In this document: positions 43,858 through 55,516 of the stretch, piece by piece
Layout: each line of letters opens with the position of its first letter
How positions within the stretch are numbered: the stretch's first letter is position 1
Assembly: GCA_022711715.1 (NCBI GenBank)
Contig: JAKLEC010000004.1
Location: 1-57,951 of the forward strand
DNA: 57,951 bases
Source: Acidobacteriota bacterium
GTDB taxonomy: Bacteria > Acidobacteriota > Aminicenantia > UBA2199
Direction: 5' to 3'
Notes under the pieces: model-generated
Told to the model about the DNA's origin: nothing
Databases searched by the model: none
Seen by the model: the letters and a program-made list of their open reading frames with translations, nothing else
Translations under genes and position numbers: made by a program

Positions 43858-44367
43858 TCACGGCTCCGCCCCGGCCGTGTCGCGGGCAAGGACGCGGGCG
43901 CGGAACTCCCGCAGCCGCTTCCTCACGCCGCCGGCCGACAAGCCCACTTCGCGTCCCACCTCGCGGTAGGTCATGCCGTCGACGAAGTGCAGCACGGCGA
44001 TCTCCCGCGTCGAGGGGCGCTCGCGGCGGAAGATCCTGTCCAGGACGACGCCCGCCAGGGTTCGCGACTCCTGATCGGCCGCGCAGGCGATGTCCTCCAA
44101 AACCCCCTCGCCGTCATCTTCCCGCCGCACGCGTCCGGCGCGGATCACGTTGAGGCAGACGTTGGTCGCCATGCGGTAGAGGAGGCTGGAGGGGAAGCGG
44201 CCGTGCAGCCGGTCGCGGTGGGTCAACAGGCGGACGAAGACCTCCTGCAGGGCGTCGACCGCCTGGTCCTCGTCGCGGAGCAGGCGGCGGCAGCGGCGCA
44301 GTACCATGGGCGCGTAGCGCCGGTACAGCCGGTCCACGTCGATGGGAGTGCCCCCCGTTTCGGCCAT
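43858..44367 (-). CDS. ECF-type RNA polymerase sigma-70 factor
   Basis: Region 2 (DEDQAVDALQEVFVRLL) and the region 4 HTH (MTYREVGREVGLSAGGVRKRL), 169 aa. Confidence 0.9.
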   Translation of the reverse strand: MAETGGTPIDVDRLYRRYAPMVLRRCRRLLRDEDQAVDALQEVFVRLLTHRDRLHGRFPSSLLYRMATNVCLNVIRAGRVRREDDGEGVLEDIACAADQESRTLAGVVLDRIFRRERPSTREIAVLHFVDGMTYREVGREVGLSAGGVRKRLREFRARVLARDTAGAEP

Positions 44368-44517
44368 AGCGTTGTTCCGTGGTTCCTTTCATAGTCAGTA
44401 TAACACAACGAGGGGGAAACCGCGCTACCGCGCCGGTTTTCTCGGCCGGCGGTAACGCATGGGGCCCCAGCGCGTGTTGCAACAGTGATGGCGGGCGGGG
44501 CCCGCACAGGAGGCGCA

Positions 44518-45096
44518 ATGAAACGAGCCGTGATATCGCTCATCGTGATGGGGCTGGCGACTGCGCCGGCGTTCTCCCGCGGGGACGGCTATGAACCGGG
44601 AGTGGTGGTGGTCGGCGTCTTCGGCAACGTCCTCGGCGGCATTGCCGGCGGGCTCCTGGGGGCGAGGATGAGCCGTGATGAACACGGAGCGCTGCCGCCC
44701 GCGGCCATCGGCGCCCTGGCCGGCTCCGTGATCGGCAGTTCCCTGGCGGTCCATTGGGCCGCGGCGCGGCGCGGCGGCCTGGGGATGGCCGTACTGGGCG
44801 CCGTGGCCGGAGAGCTCGCCGCCGTCACCGCCCTGTCGGTCCTGGGCGGCACGGACGACCTCGGGCTGGCGGCCCTCATTCCCTTCGTGGTCCTGCCGCC
44901 GCTGGGCGCCGCCATCCTTCATGGCCGCTCGTGGAGCGGGCGCGCAATTCGCGGCGACAGCGGGCTCGTACGCTTGGCCGGAGGCAGGCTCGGGCTGGGG
45001 ATGCCCGGCTTCGCGGTCCACCCGGTCCGCACCCCCGGTTTCAAGGCCGGCGCTGCGTGGCGCTGTGACGTGCGCCTCCTCAGCGTGGAACTGTGA
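44518..45096 (+). CDS. Hypothetical Gly/Ala-rich (glycine-zipper-like) membrane or outer-membrane protein
   Basis: The ATG at 44518 follows aggagg. Signal-like MKRAVISLIVMGLATAPAFS, with repeated GxxxG/AxxxG stretches. Confidence 0.45.
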   Translation: MKRAVISLIVMGLATAPAFSRGDGYEPGVVVVGVFGNVLGGIAGGLLGARMSRDEHGALPPAAIGALAGSVIGSSLAVHWAAARRGGLGMAVLGAVAGELAAVTALSVLGGTDDLGLAALIPFVVLPPLGAAILHGRSWSGRAIRGDSGLVRLAGGRLGLGMPGFAVHPVRTPGFKAGAAWRCDVRLLSVEL

Positions 45097-45735
45097 TGTG
45101 CCGGGCACTCGGGATCGTGAGAGGTGCCATGAATCGGAGACACGAGCCTGGTAGGCATGAGCGGCATGACGGCACAACGACCGTCATCCCGCTCATTCTG
45201 CTTCTCGCGTCATTCCCGCTGCTGGCGGCGCGGCGGCGGGGAGCGACGGTGGAGGTGTGGATGATCGACGGCGCCCGGATTCGCGGCGAGCTCCTGTCCG
45301 TCCGCAACAACATGCTGGTCGTTCACGACCGGCAGCGGGACAGCGGGGCCGTGCTGGACGCCCGGGACGTCGACGAGGTGCGCATCCTGAAAAAGCCGCG
45401 CTGGCTGGCGGGAGTGGCCTTCGGCGCCTTGGTCGGGGCGGCGGCGGGCGCCGTCCTGTGCGGCACGGCCCACGACGGAGACGGCGGAGAGCAGGCGGGG
45501 GCCGTTGTCATGGCCCTGAAGATCGGCGGCCTGGCGATGGCCGCCGGCGGCCTCATCGGCGCCCACGGGCCGCCGGTGATGGTCGTGCGTTTCTCCGGCC
45601 TGACGGCCGAAGGGATCGAGTCCGGCCTGCGGGGCCTGCAGCCGCTTGCCCGCTGCGGGGGCGACGCTCCCTGCCCCGGAGAACGGACGCCGCGCCAGCG
45701 GCCCCGCACAGGACCGATGGCGACGGGCGCGGTGC

Positions 45736-45749
<14 letters not shown>
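45093..45749 (+). CDS. Hypothetical membrane-anchored protein
   Basis: The ORF's GTG start overlaps the upstream stop (GTGA). Alternative ATGs at 45096 and 45129. The 3' end overlaps the convergent ettA by 14 nt. No motif, so the coding status is uncertain. Confidence 0.35.
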
Positions 45750-47430
<1,681 letters not shown>

Positions 47431-47466
47431 GTCATTCCTCCTGGGACGGGGTCATGGCGGGGGGGG

Positions 47467-48762
47467 TCAGTGCCGGGAGCGCGGGCGCGGGCCGCCCGAG
47501 CGCATGCGCGGGCCGCCGGGGCGCGGGCGGCCGCCGTGGGGCCTGCCGGCGCCGGGACGGCCGCCGCGGCCATGCCCGCCGCGGTCGCCGTGCTCGCGCC
47601 GGTCATGGAAAGTGAGGTGGCGGCTCTGGTCGGGCAGGAACAAATCGTCCTCGGGGAAGATGACGGGGATCCGGCCGTGGATCAGCTCCTGGATGCCGTC
47701 CAGGTTCTGGGCGTACTTCTCGCAGGACAGGGTGACCGCCTTGCCGCTCTTGCCGGCGCGGGCGGTGCGGCCGATGCGGTGGACGTAGCTCTCGCTCTCG
47801 TTGGGCACGTCGTAGTTGACCACCATGTCCAGGTCCTCGATGTGCAGGCCGCGGGCGGCGACGTCGGTGGCCACCACGATCTTCTCCTTGCCGGACTTGA
47901 AGTCGTCGATGACCTGCTGGCGCTTGCTCTGGGCCAGGTCGCCGGTGAGGAACTCGTTTTCGTGGCCGTTGGCCGCCAGGCGCCGGCTCAGGCGCTCGGC
48001 GTCGCGCTTCATGTTGGTGAAGATCAGGACGCTGCGCGGCCGGTCGCGCTTGAGGATGCCCAGCAGCAGGCTGACCTTCTCCTGGCTGCCCACGTGGTAG
48101 AGCTCCTGGTTGACGGCGTCGACGGTGATCTTTTCCGGTGTGATGGCGACGCGCTCCGGGTTGTTCATGTGCTCGCGGGCGATCCCCAGCACCGGGCCCG
48201 ACAGGGTGGCGCTGAACAGCATGGTCTGGCGGTACTCCACCGCCGGGACGCGGCGCAGGATGCGGCGGATGTCGGGCAGGAAGCCCATGTCGAACAGGCG
48301 GTCGGCCTCGTCGATGACCAGGAAGCCGATGCCCTTCATGCTCAGCGTGCCCTTCTGCTCCAGGTCGAGCAGGCGGCCGGGCGTGCCGACCATGATGTCC
48401 ACGCCGCGCTTCAGCGCCGCCTCCTGGCGGTTGTAGCCGACACCGCCGTAGAAGCAGCCGGTGCGCACGTTGAGATGGCGGCCGATGTTCCTGGCCTCCT
48501 CCTCGATCTGCACGGCCAGCTCGCGGGTGGGGGCGACGATCAGCGCCCGGCGCCAGGCGGCGGCCACCGCCAGCTGGCGCTGGAAGATGGTGATCAGGAA
48601 GGCGGCGGTCTTGCCGGTGCCGGTCTGCGATTGCACGGCCACGTCGGTGCCGGCCAGGGAGTGGACCAGTGTCTTTTCCTGGACCGGGGTCAGGGCGGTG
48701 AAGCCCATGTCCCGGATCCCCTGCAGCAGCCGGGGATCGAGTTGCAGTTCTTCGAATGTCAT
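47467..48762 (-). CDS. DEAD-box ATP-dependent RNA helicase with an Arg/Gly-rich C-terminal tail
   Basis: Q-motif region GFTALTPVQ, AQTGTGKT-like SQTGTGKTAAF, DEAD (VIDEADRL), SAT, and the tail GGHGRGGRPGAGRPHGGRPRPGGPR. Confidence 0.92.
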   Translation of the reverse strand: MTFEELQLDPRLLQGIRDMGFTALTPVQEKTLVHSLAGTDVAVQSQTGTGKTAAFLITIFQRQLAVAAAWRRALIVAPTRELAVQIEEEARNIGRHLNVRTGCFYGGVGYNRQEAALKRGVDIMVGTPGRLLDLEQKGTLSMKGIGFLVIDEADRLFDMGFLPDIRRILRRVPAVEYRQTMLFSATLSGPVLGIAREHMNNPERVAITPEKITVDAVNQELYHVGSQEKVSLLLGILKRDRPRSVLIFTNMKRDAERLSRRLAANGHENEFLTGDLAQSKRQQVIDDFKSGKEKIVVATDVAARGLHIEDLDMVVNYDVPNESESYVHRIGRTARAGKSGKAVTLSCEKYAQNLDGIQELIHGRIPVIFPEDDLFLPDQSRHLTFHDRREHGDRGGHGRGGRPGAGRPHGGRPRPGGPRMRSGGPRPRSRH

Positions 48763-48927
48763 GATGTTTTATTTACCTCAGGTTCCATATTCATTGAGGG
48801 GGCGGGAGTATGGCCGGGAACGGACGCGCGCTGGTTTGGGTTCCTTTCTCGCCCTCGCGAAAACCGGATCTCTTAATCCGCTATGATAGCCCAAGTCGGC
48901 GGCAAAGTCAATCAGATCAACCGATCG

Positions 48928-49003
48928 ATCGTGACGCGTGACGCGTAACGCGTGACGAGGAGCCGCGTGGGAACGACCTGTCGTGACGCGTCACGCGTCA
49001 CGC
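48928..49003. repeat. M7 heptamer module (reverse form, 48928..48959) plus a palindromic GTGACGCGTCAC tract (48981..49003)
   Basis: atcgtgacgcgtgacgcgtaacgcgtgacgag ... tcgtgacgcgtcacgcgtcacgc. Confidence 0.8.
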
Positions 49004-49038
49004 TTATCTTGTAAAACGGCGGCATCTGTGCTAAAAAT

Positions 49039-50001
49039 ATGGCAATGAGCAAGACCCTGGTTTCCATCGTCATCCCCGTCTACAACGAGGCCGAGAACGT
49101 CGCCCTGCTGCACGGGGAGATCGCCGCCGCCGTCGCCGGCCGCCCCGAGGAGTACGAGATCATCTTCGTCGACGACGGCAGCGGCGACGGCTCGCTGGCG
49201 GCGCTGAAGCAGCTCCACGAGCGCGACGCGCGTGTGCGCATCATCCAGTTCCGCAAGAACTTCGGGCAGAGCGCCGCCATCTCGGCCGGCTTCGAGAACA
49301 GTCGCGGCGAGGTGGTGGTGGCCATGGACGCCGACCTGCAGAACGACCCGGCCGACATCCCGCGCGTCGTGGACAAGGTCCTCGAGGGCTACGACATCGT
49401 CAACGGCTGGCGCCGCGACCGCCGCGACAAGTGGCTCACGCGCCGCCTGCCCTCCTTCTTCGGCAACAGGCTGGTCTCCTGGATCACCGGCGTCCACCTG
49501 CACGACTACGGCTGCACCCTGCGCGGCTTCCGCGGCGAGGTGGTCAAGAACCTGAAGCTCTACGGCGAGATGCACCGCTACATCCCGGCCATCGCCTCGC
49601 GCATGGGCATCCGCTCCACCGAGATCGTCGTGCACCACCGCGAGCGCCGCTTCGGCCGCTCCAAGTACGGGCTGGGGCGCACCTTCCGGGTCATCCTCGA
49701 CGTGATCTCCATCAAGTTCCTGCTGACCTACTCGCACCGGCCGCTGCAGGTGTTCGGCGGCGCCGGCCTGCTGATGTTCCTGGCCGGCCTGGTCAGCGGC
49801 CTCTACCTCAGCTACGAGAAGTTCGTCATGCACCAGGCCATCGCCGGCCGGCCGCTGCTCTTCTTCACGCTGCTGATGTTCTTCCTCGGCTTCCAGGCCA
49901 TCTCGCTGGGCCTGCTGGCGGAGATGCTCTCGCGCATCTACCACGAGGGTCTGGACAAGAACGAGTACGTCATCCGCGAGCGCATCGGGTTCGATCGTTG
50001 A
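49039..50001 (+). CDS. Family 2 glycosyltransferase (polyprenyl-phosphate sugar transferase type, C-terminal TM helices)
   Basis: VSIVIPVYNEAENV..EIIFVDDGSGDGS..MDADLQNDP, with two C-terminal TM segments. Confidence 0.88.
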   Translation: MAMSKTLVSIVIPVYNEAENVALLHGEIAAAVAGRPEEYEIIFVDDGSGDGSLAALKQLHERDARVRIIQFRKNFGQSAAISAGFENSRGEVVVAMDADLQNDPADIPRVVDKVLEGYDIVNGWRRDRRDKWLTRRLPSFFGNRLVSWITGVHLHDYGCTLRGFRGEVVKNLKLYGEMHRYIPAIASRMGIRSTEIVVHHRERRFGRSKYGLGRTFRVILDVISIKFLLTYSHRPLQVFGGAGLLMFLAGLVSGLYLSYEKFVMHQAIAGRPLLFFTLLMFFLGFQAISLGLLAEMLSRIYHEGLDKNEYVIRERIGFDR

Positions 50002-51164
50002 AGATCCTGATGATCGCCCCGGAGCCCTTCTTCGAGCCCAGGGGCACGCCCTTTTCCGAGTACTTCCGCATCCGGGCGCTGGCGGCGCTCGGCCACCAGG
50101 TCGACCTGGTCACCTATCCCTTCGGCGCCGACCGCGACATCCCCGGGCTGCGCATCTTCCGCAGCTGGCGCCCGCCCGGCATCCGCGCGGTCAGGACGGG
50201 CCCTTCGGCGGCCAAGCTGCTCCTCGATCTCTTCCTGTTTTTCAAGGCCCTGGGACGGGGGCTGCGCGGGGGCTACGACCTGGTCCACAGCCACGAGGAG
50301 GGAAGCCTGATGGCCGTGGCCATCCAGAAGTTGACCCGCATGCCGCACCTGTACGACATGCACTCCTCGCTGGCGCAGCAGATGGACAACTTCCAGTTCA
50401 GCCGCTCGCGGCTGCTCGCCGGCCTCTTCCGTTTCTTCGAGAAGGTCGCGCTGCGCAACGCCCGCTCGGTCATCGTCATCTGCCGCGCGCTGTACGACCA
50501 TGCCGCCGCCGTCACCGATCCCGCCAAGCTGACCCTGATCGAGAACTTCATGGACGACCGCCCCGCCTGCCTGGACGAGGCGAAGGTCCGCGCCCTGCGC
50601 GGGCGGTTCGCTCCCGGCGGCGAGCGTGTCGTCCTCTATGCCGGCACGCTGGAGGCCTACCAGGGCATCCCGCTGCTCCTCGACAGCATGGAGCGGCTGG
50701 GCGACGAGTACCGCCTGGTGCTGGCCGGCGGCGACCCGCAGCAGGTGGAGGACCTCCGCCGCTCGCTGGCCGGCCGCGGCCTGCAGGAGCGGGTCGTCCT
50801 CCTCGGCCGGCAGCCCGCCGCCGAGATGCCGGCCCTGCTGCAGGCGGCCGACGTCCTGGCATCGCCGCGCTCGCGAGGGACGAACATCCCCCTGAAGGTG
50901 TACTCCTACCTGGCCAGCGGCAAGCCGGTGGTGGCCACCGACCTGCCCACCCACACCCAGACCCTCACTCCCGACATCGCCGTGCTGGCCCCGCCCGAGC
51001 CCGCGGCCTTCGCCGCCGCCATTGCCCGTGCCGCCGGCCCCGAGGGTCGGGCCGCCGCCGGCCGCGCCCGGGAGTTCTGCCGCCGCCACTACGCGCCGGA
51101 GCGCTACCAGGAGCTGGTCGCCGCCGCCCTGGCCAAGGCCGTTCCCGGCTCCGGCGCGGCCTGA
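49998..51164 (+). CDS. Family 4 (GT-B) glycosyltransferase
   Basis: The TTG at 49998 (TTGA overlap with the GT2 stop) gives MKILMIAPEPFFEPRGTP. A C-terminal E(x7)E-like region is present. Alternative ATG at 50010. Confidence 0.8.
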   Translation: MKILMIAPEPFFEPRGTPFSEYFRIRALAALGHQVDLVTYPFGADRDIPGLRIFRSWRPPGIRAVRTGPSAAKLLLDLFLFFKALGRGLRGGYDLVHSHEEGSLMAVAIQKLTRMPHLYDMHSSLAQQMDNFQFSRSRLLAGLFRFFEKVALRNARSVIVICRALYDHAAAVTDPAKLTLIENFMDDRPACLDEAKVRALRGRFAPGGERVVLYAGTLEAYQGIPLLLDSMERLGDEYRLVLAGGDPQQVEDLRRSLAGRGLQERVVLLGRQPAAEMPALLQAADVLASPRSRGTNIPLKVYSYLASGKPVVATDLPTHTQTLTPDIAVLAPPEPAAFAAAIARAAGPEGRAAAGRAREFCRRHYAPERYQELVAAALAKAVPGSGAA

Positions 51165-51314
51165 AGATCCGCCCAGCGCCTGGGTTTGACAAAGAAATGG
51201 TGTTGTGTTAAGGAAATGGCGGAGGCAGGCCATGACGAGTTCAGCCCGGGCGGCCGCCTGGCCGCGGCGGGAAATGCCGGCCGCGGGCCGGCGCAGCCGC
51301 ATCACCCGTCCCGG

Positions 51315-53093
51315 ATGAACATCCATTTCTTCGCCAAGAGCGACATCGGCCGCGTCCGCGCCGCCAACGAGGATTATTTTCTCAGCGAAAAGATCTCCGA
51401 CAACGAGTACCTGTTCGTCGTCGCCGACGGCATGGGCGGCCATCAGGCCGGCGACATCGCCTCCAAGCTGGCCTCGGAGTCGTTCCTCGACCACTACCGC
51501 GGGCTGAGGAAGAAGGGGGCGGCCGTGGCCGCCGCCATCGACCAGTCGGTGCGCCGGGCCAACCTGGTGGTGTTCCGCAAGGCTGCCGCCGACGTCGAGA
51601 AACGCGGCATGGGCACGACCTTCTCGGCCGTGGTCATCGCCGGCATGAAGGCCTTCATCGCCCATGTCGGCGACTCGCGCGTCTACCTGGTCCGCCGCAA
51701 CCGCATCAAGCGCCTCACCACCGACCATTCCTTCGTGGAGAAGCTGGTCGAGGAGGGGAGAATCTCCGCCGACGAAGCCCGCGACCACCCGCAGAAGAAC
51801 GTCCTGTACATGTCGCTGGGCGCCCGCGAAAGCTTCACCCCGGAGATCGTGAACGACATCCTCCTCGAGGACGGCGACGCCCTGGTCATGTGCTCCGACG
51901 GCCTGAGCAACATGGTGGACGACGACACGCTGATGAACGTCGCCATGGGCGGCTACCCCCAGGAGGCCGCCGAGGAGCTGGTGCGCCTGGCCAACGACCA
52001 CGGCGGCGCCGACAACATCACCGTGCAGGTGATCCGCCTGGGCACGCTGGAGACGCTGGAGAAGACCAAGCCCATCCGCATCGGCCGGCCGCGGCGCAAG
52101 GTGGCCAAGGGGACGGCGGCGCTGCTGCTCTTCGCCCTGCTCGCCGTCCTGGCCTACCGCCTCTTCCTCTCCCCGGGCGGCGAAAACGGCAACGGCGCCG
52201 CCGCCGGCGCCCTGGCGGTCCCGGCTCCGCCGCCGCCGCGGGTCTGGACGCCGCGCCTCGGCGAGATCGGCTCCGCGCGCCTGAACGGCCTGGGGGTGAC
52301 CGCCGCCGACTGCCGTTTCCTGAGCGCGCGCAAGCTGTATGCCGTGCGCGCCGGCCGCCTTTCCGTGTACGACCTGGACACCGCCGGCCTGCTTTCCATC
52401 GAGCTGGCGGCGGGCGAGCAGGTCGTCCCCAGCCGCGGCGCCGGCGTTTTCCTGCTGCGGCGCGAGGCGACCCGCGATCCCGGCTATGTGCTCATGCGCC
52501 AAGGGATGGCGCGGCCGCTGCTGCGCATCCGCCATGACGGTCAGGTGAATTCCCGGGAGAGCCGGCCGGGCGGCACGTCCCTGTACCGCATCGCCGGCCT
52601 CGAGGGGGACGTGATCCCCGACTACATCGACGACGATTTTTTCCTCTTCCACGACCAGGGCCATTATTACGGAATCCGCGACTGGAGCAGGCCCGAGGGG
52701 CTGGCCGCGGCCATCGGCGGCCTGGCCGTCGCCGCCGGCGGCCGCCTGGCCTTTCAGGCCCAGGCCGGCGGCACGGTCATGCTGCACCATGATCCGGCCT
52801 CCGGGCGCGCCGTCCTCTACCGCCTTGCCGGCGGCGTGGAGAGACTCGGCGAGTACTCCCTGCCGGCGGCGCCGCAGCCGCTGCTGCTGGAGTACGCCGG
52901 CGCCGGCGCTCTGGTCGCCTATTATGCCGACGGCTGCGCCAAGTGGTCCGGCGACCGCCAGCAGGCGAAAGGACGCTATACCCTAGGCAATTTCCAGTTG
53001 CGCGCCGCCAAGGTCATGGCCGATCTGGCCGACGGCCGCAAGCTCGTCGTCGACGACGGCAACCAGCTGTTCTCCCTGGTCTGCGAACCATGA
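51315..53093 (+). CDS. PP2C-family Ser/Thr phosphatase with a TM segment and a ~320-aa C-terminal domain
   Basis: DIGRVRAANEDYF, VADGMGGHQAGDIAS, CSDGLSN, GGADNITV, then TM AALLLFALLAVLAYRLF. Upstream starts at 51186 and 51216 are less likely. Confidence 0.85.
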   Translation: MNIHFFAKSDIGRVRAANEDYFLSEKISDNEYLFVVADGMGGHQAGDIASKLASESFLDHYRGLRKKGAAVAAAIDQSVRRANLVVFRKAAADVEKRGMGTTFSAVVIAGMKAFIAHVGDSRVYLVRRNRIKRLTTDHSFVEKLVEEGRISADEARDHPQKNVLYMSLGARESFTPEIVNDILLEDGDALVMCSDGLSNMVDDDTLMNVAMGGYPQEAAEELVRLANDHGGADNITVQVIRLGTLETLEKTKPIRIGRPRRKVAKGTAALLLFALLAVLAYRLFLSPGGENGNGAAAGALAVPAPPPPRVWTPRLGEIGSARLNGLGVTAADCRFLSARKLYAVRAGRLSVYDLDTAGLLSIELAAGEQVVPSRGAGVFLLRREATRDPGYVLMRQGMARPLLRIRHDGQVNSRESRPGGTSLYRIAGLEGDVIPDYIDDDFFLFHDQGHYYGIRDWSRPEGLAAAIGGLAVAAGGRLAFQAQAGGTVMLHHDPASGRAVLYRLAGGVERLGEYSLPAAPQPLLLEYAGAGALVAYYADGCAKWSGDRQQAKGRYTLGNFQLRAAKVMADLADGRKLVVDDGNQLFSLVCEP

Positions 53094-54913
53094 TCAAGGT
53101 CGGCGAAAGGCTCGGGAACTTCCTCATCCGCGCCGAGATCGGCCACGGCGGCATGGGCACCATCTATTACGCCACCGATACCATGCTCAACCGCGAGGTG
53201 GCCCTGAAAGTCGTGCATCCGCAGCTGGCGGACAACCAGCAGCTGATGGAGCGCTTCAAGATCGAGGCCATGACCCAGGCGCGCCTCAACCATCCCGGCA
53301 TCGTCACCATCTTCAGCTTCAACCGCATCGAGGACGAGTACGTCATCGCCATGGAATACGTCGAGGGCCGCAGCCTGAAGGAGATCCTGCAGGAGCGCAA
53401 GCAGCTCCATCCCGCCGAGGCCGTCGACATCATCACCCAGGTGGCGGAAGGGCTGCGTTACGCCCACGCCCACAACGTCATCCATCGCGACATCAAGCCG
53501 GCCAACATCCTGGTCGGCCGCGACGGCAAGGTGAAAATCTCGGACTTCGGCATCGCCAAGATCTTCGGCGTCCAGGGGCTGACCAAGACCGGAATGCTGA
53601 TCGGCACCCCCTGGTACACGTCGCCCGAGCAGATCCTGGGCAAGGACATCGACTTTCGCACCGACCTCTACTCCCTCGGGGTCACCTTCTACGAGGTGCT
53701 CACCGGCCGTGTGCCTTTCGACTCCGACACCAACTCCGAGTTCCAGATCCAGAAGGCCCACCTGGAGACTCCGCCCCCCCGGCCCTCCATCTACAACCCG
53801 GAGATCGGCATCAAGCTGGAGCGCTTCATCCTGCTCGCCCTGCAGAAGAAGGTCGAAAAGCGCTTCCAGAGCGCCCGCGAGATGATCGACGAGCTCAACC
53901 GCATCCGCCTGGAGCTGACGCGGGCCGGCATGGCCTGTTCCCCCGGCGTCACCCAGAGGATCGACAGGCCCGGCGCCTCCCGCCGGCGCTGGCTGCTGGC
54001 GCCGCTCAAGGGCCTGGCCTTCCTGCTGCTGCTGGCCGCCGGCATCGTCCTCTTTCTCCTGCTGTCGGGCAAGAAGGGAATGGACGAGAAGGGAGCGGCC
54101 GCCGCGCCCGCGCTCAGCGAGGCCCGGCCGGCCCTATCCGCGGCTGCCGCCGCGCCGGGACCCGTTGCCGGCCAGGACGCGCCGCCGCCCGCCGCCGCCC
54201 CGGCCGCCGGCGGAACGGACGCCGGAGCGACCGCGGAGACGCCGGCAGAGGGGACGGCCCCGGTTGAAGCGAAAGAGGAGAAGGCCCCGGCCGGCGGCGC
54301 GGGCGCTGCCAGGGAAATGGCCCTGCCCGACCCAGGGAACGCCGCCGCGTCCCCGGCCGTGCCTGCCGGCGGCCGGGCGGACGTTCCGTCCCGGGAGGTG
54401 CCGCCGGAAGAGAACCTGGGCCGGCTGGAGGATTCCCTGGTCCGGCTGCGCTCGCTGCTGGAATCGCGCAACCTGCCGGCCGCCGACCGCCTGGCCAACG
54501 CCCTGCTGCGCGCCAACGTCGATCGCCGCGCCTACCCCCTGCTGGGCAAGGTCAAGTTCCATGCCGGCCAATTCACCATCGCCGAGCGCCTCTGGACGCA
54601 GGCGCTGCAGGACAACCTGCCCGTCACCCTCGAGATCGGGCATGTCCATGGCGGCGTCGATGACGTCTGCTTCGGGCAGCTCAAGTTCAAGAAGCAGCTC
54701 ATCCTGTTCAACTCCGATTCCCTGGGCAGCCACAGCTTCGCCCTCGGCGCCGGGAACATCCAGCCGCTCACGCTGGGCGACGACATGACCATCCGCATCG
54801 CCGGCAGCGCCGGCGGCCAGGAGGTCGGCGAACGCTTCGTGGTGACCGGCATGCTGCGCCGGGCGCAAAAGAGCCGATTCCTCGTGGATTTCATCAATCG
54901 CCACGTTCGCTAG
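53090..54913 (+). CDS. Ser/Thr protein kinase (Hanks type) with a TM, an Ala/Pro-rich linker and a C-terminal domain
   Basis: ATGA overlap with the PP2C stop. GHGGMGTIY, VALK, HRDIKPANILV, DFGIAK, GTPWYTSPE. Confidence 0.9.
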   Translation: MIKVGERLGNFLIRAEIGHGGMGTIYYATDTMLNREVALKVVHPQLADNQQLMERFKIEAMTQARLNHPGIVTIFSFNRIEDEYVIAMEYVEGRSLKEILQERKQLHPAEAVDIITQVAEGLRYAHAHNVIHRDIKPANILVGRDGKVKISDFGIAKIFGVQGLTKTGMLIGTPWYTSPEQILGKDIDFRTDLYSLGVTFYEVLTGRVPFDSDTNSEFQIQKAHLETPPPRPSIYNPEIGIKLERFILLALQKKVEKRFQSAREMIDELNRIRLELTRAGMACSPGVTQRIDRPGASRRRWLLAPLKGLAFLLLLAAGIVLFLLLSGKKGMDEKGAAAAPALSEARPALSAAAAAPGPVAGQDAPPPAAAPAAGGTDAGATAETPAEGTAPVEAKEEKAPAGGAGAAREMALPDPGNAAASPAVPAGGRADVPSREVPPEENLGRLEDSLVRLRSLLESRNLPAADRLANALLRANVDRRAYPLLGKVKFHAGQFTIAERLWTQALQDNLPVTLEIGHVHGGVDDVCFGQLKFKKQLILFNSDSLGSHSFALGAGNIQPLTLGDDMTIRIAGSAGGQEVGERFVVTGMLRRAQKSRFLVDFINRHVR

Positions 54914-54923
54914 AGGAGGGAGG

Positions 54924-55508
54924 ATGAAACAAGACCGTCTCGCGGCGCCGCCCGCTGCCGGGCGCGCCTGCGCCGCCTTTTCCTTTGCCGGCTTTTGGCG
55001 GGAGAACCAGGCCACGCTGCTCCTGGCCGTCGTCGCCGTGGCCGTCGTCGCCGCGCTGCTGTTCTGGCTTGCGCGCCGCCGCCGCCAGGACTCCTTTCCC
55101 GAGCTGCGCCCCGGGCAGCCCGGAGCCGGGTCGGCCGACGATTTCTCCGCCACGCTGATCGAGGGGCAGGCGGAACCGCCAGAGCGCCCTGCCGCCCCTT
55201 CCCCCGGCCTGCACGGAAAGATTGAGGTGCTGGTCCACGGCCAGGTGATCAGCTCCTTCCTGGTCACCGACAACCCGCTGCCCATCGGCCGCGACCCCGG
55301 CCAGGCCCTGGTCGTCATCCAGGAGCCGATCGTCTCCAAGCTCCATTGCCAGGTCTTCGCCCGCGGCGGCCAGGTCTTCGTCAAGGACCTGAACTCGACC
55401 AACGGCGTCTATGTCCGCGAGGAAAAGATCGCTGAACGCCCGCTCCAAGACGGCGACCAGGTATTCCTGGGCAAGAAAGGAACGGTGCGGATCGTCTATC
55501 ACGCATAG
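54924..55508 (+). CDS. FHA domain protein with an N-terminal TM anchor
   Basis: PIGRDPGQALVVIQEPIVSKLHCQVFARGGQVFVKDLNSTNGVYV is the FHA core. Confidence 0.85.
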   Translation: MKQDRLAAPPAAGRACAAFSFAGFWRENQATLLLAVVAVAVVAALLFWLARRRRQDSFPELRPGQPGAGSADDFSATLIEGQAEPPERPAAPSPGLHGKIEVLVHGQVISSFLVTDNPLPIGRDPGQALVVIQEPIVSKLHCQVFARGGQVFVKDLNSTNGVYVREEKIAERPLQDGDQVFLGKKGTVRIVYHA

Positions 55509-55516
55509 GAGGAAGA

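Noticed and set aside
41511-43889. 792-aa ORF extending the caspase-like gene upstream
   Set aside because: The N-terminal ~270 aa overlap the anti-sigma gene in another frame and are Arg/Pro/Gly-rich nonsense. A good signal peptide starts at ATG 43070, which overlaps the anti-sigma stop (ATGA).
44368-44400. GGAAC motifs upstream of the ECF sigma gene as a possible autoregulated ECF-type -35
   Set aside because: GGAACC/GGAAC lie only about 5-20 nt from the ATG, which is too close to be a -35 element. No properly spaced GGAAC-N16-17-CGT pair was found by eye, and an extended -10 (TGTTATACT) is the better candidate.
49938-52790. 950-aa ORF on the minus strand
   Set aside because: It is antisense to the GT4 glycosyltransferase and the PP2C phosphatase, and it has no motifs.
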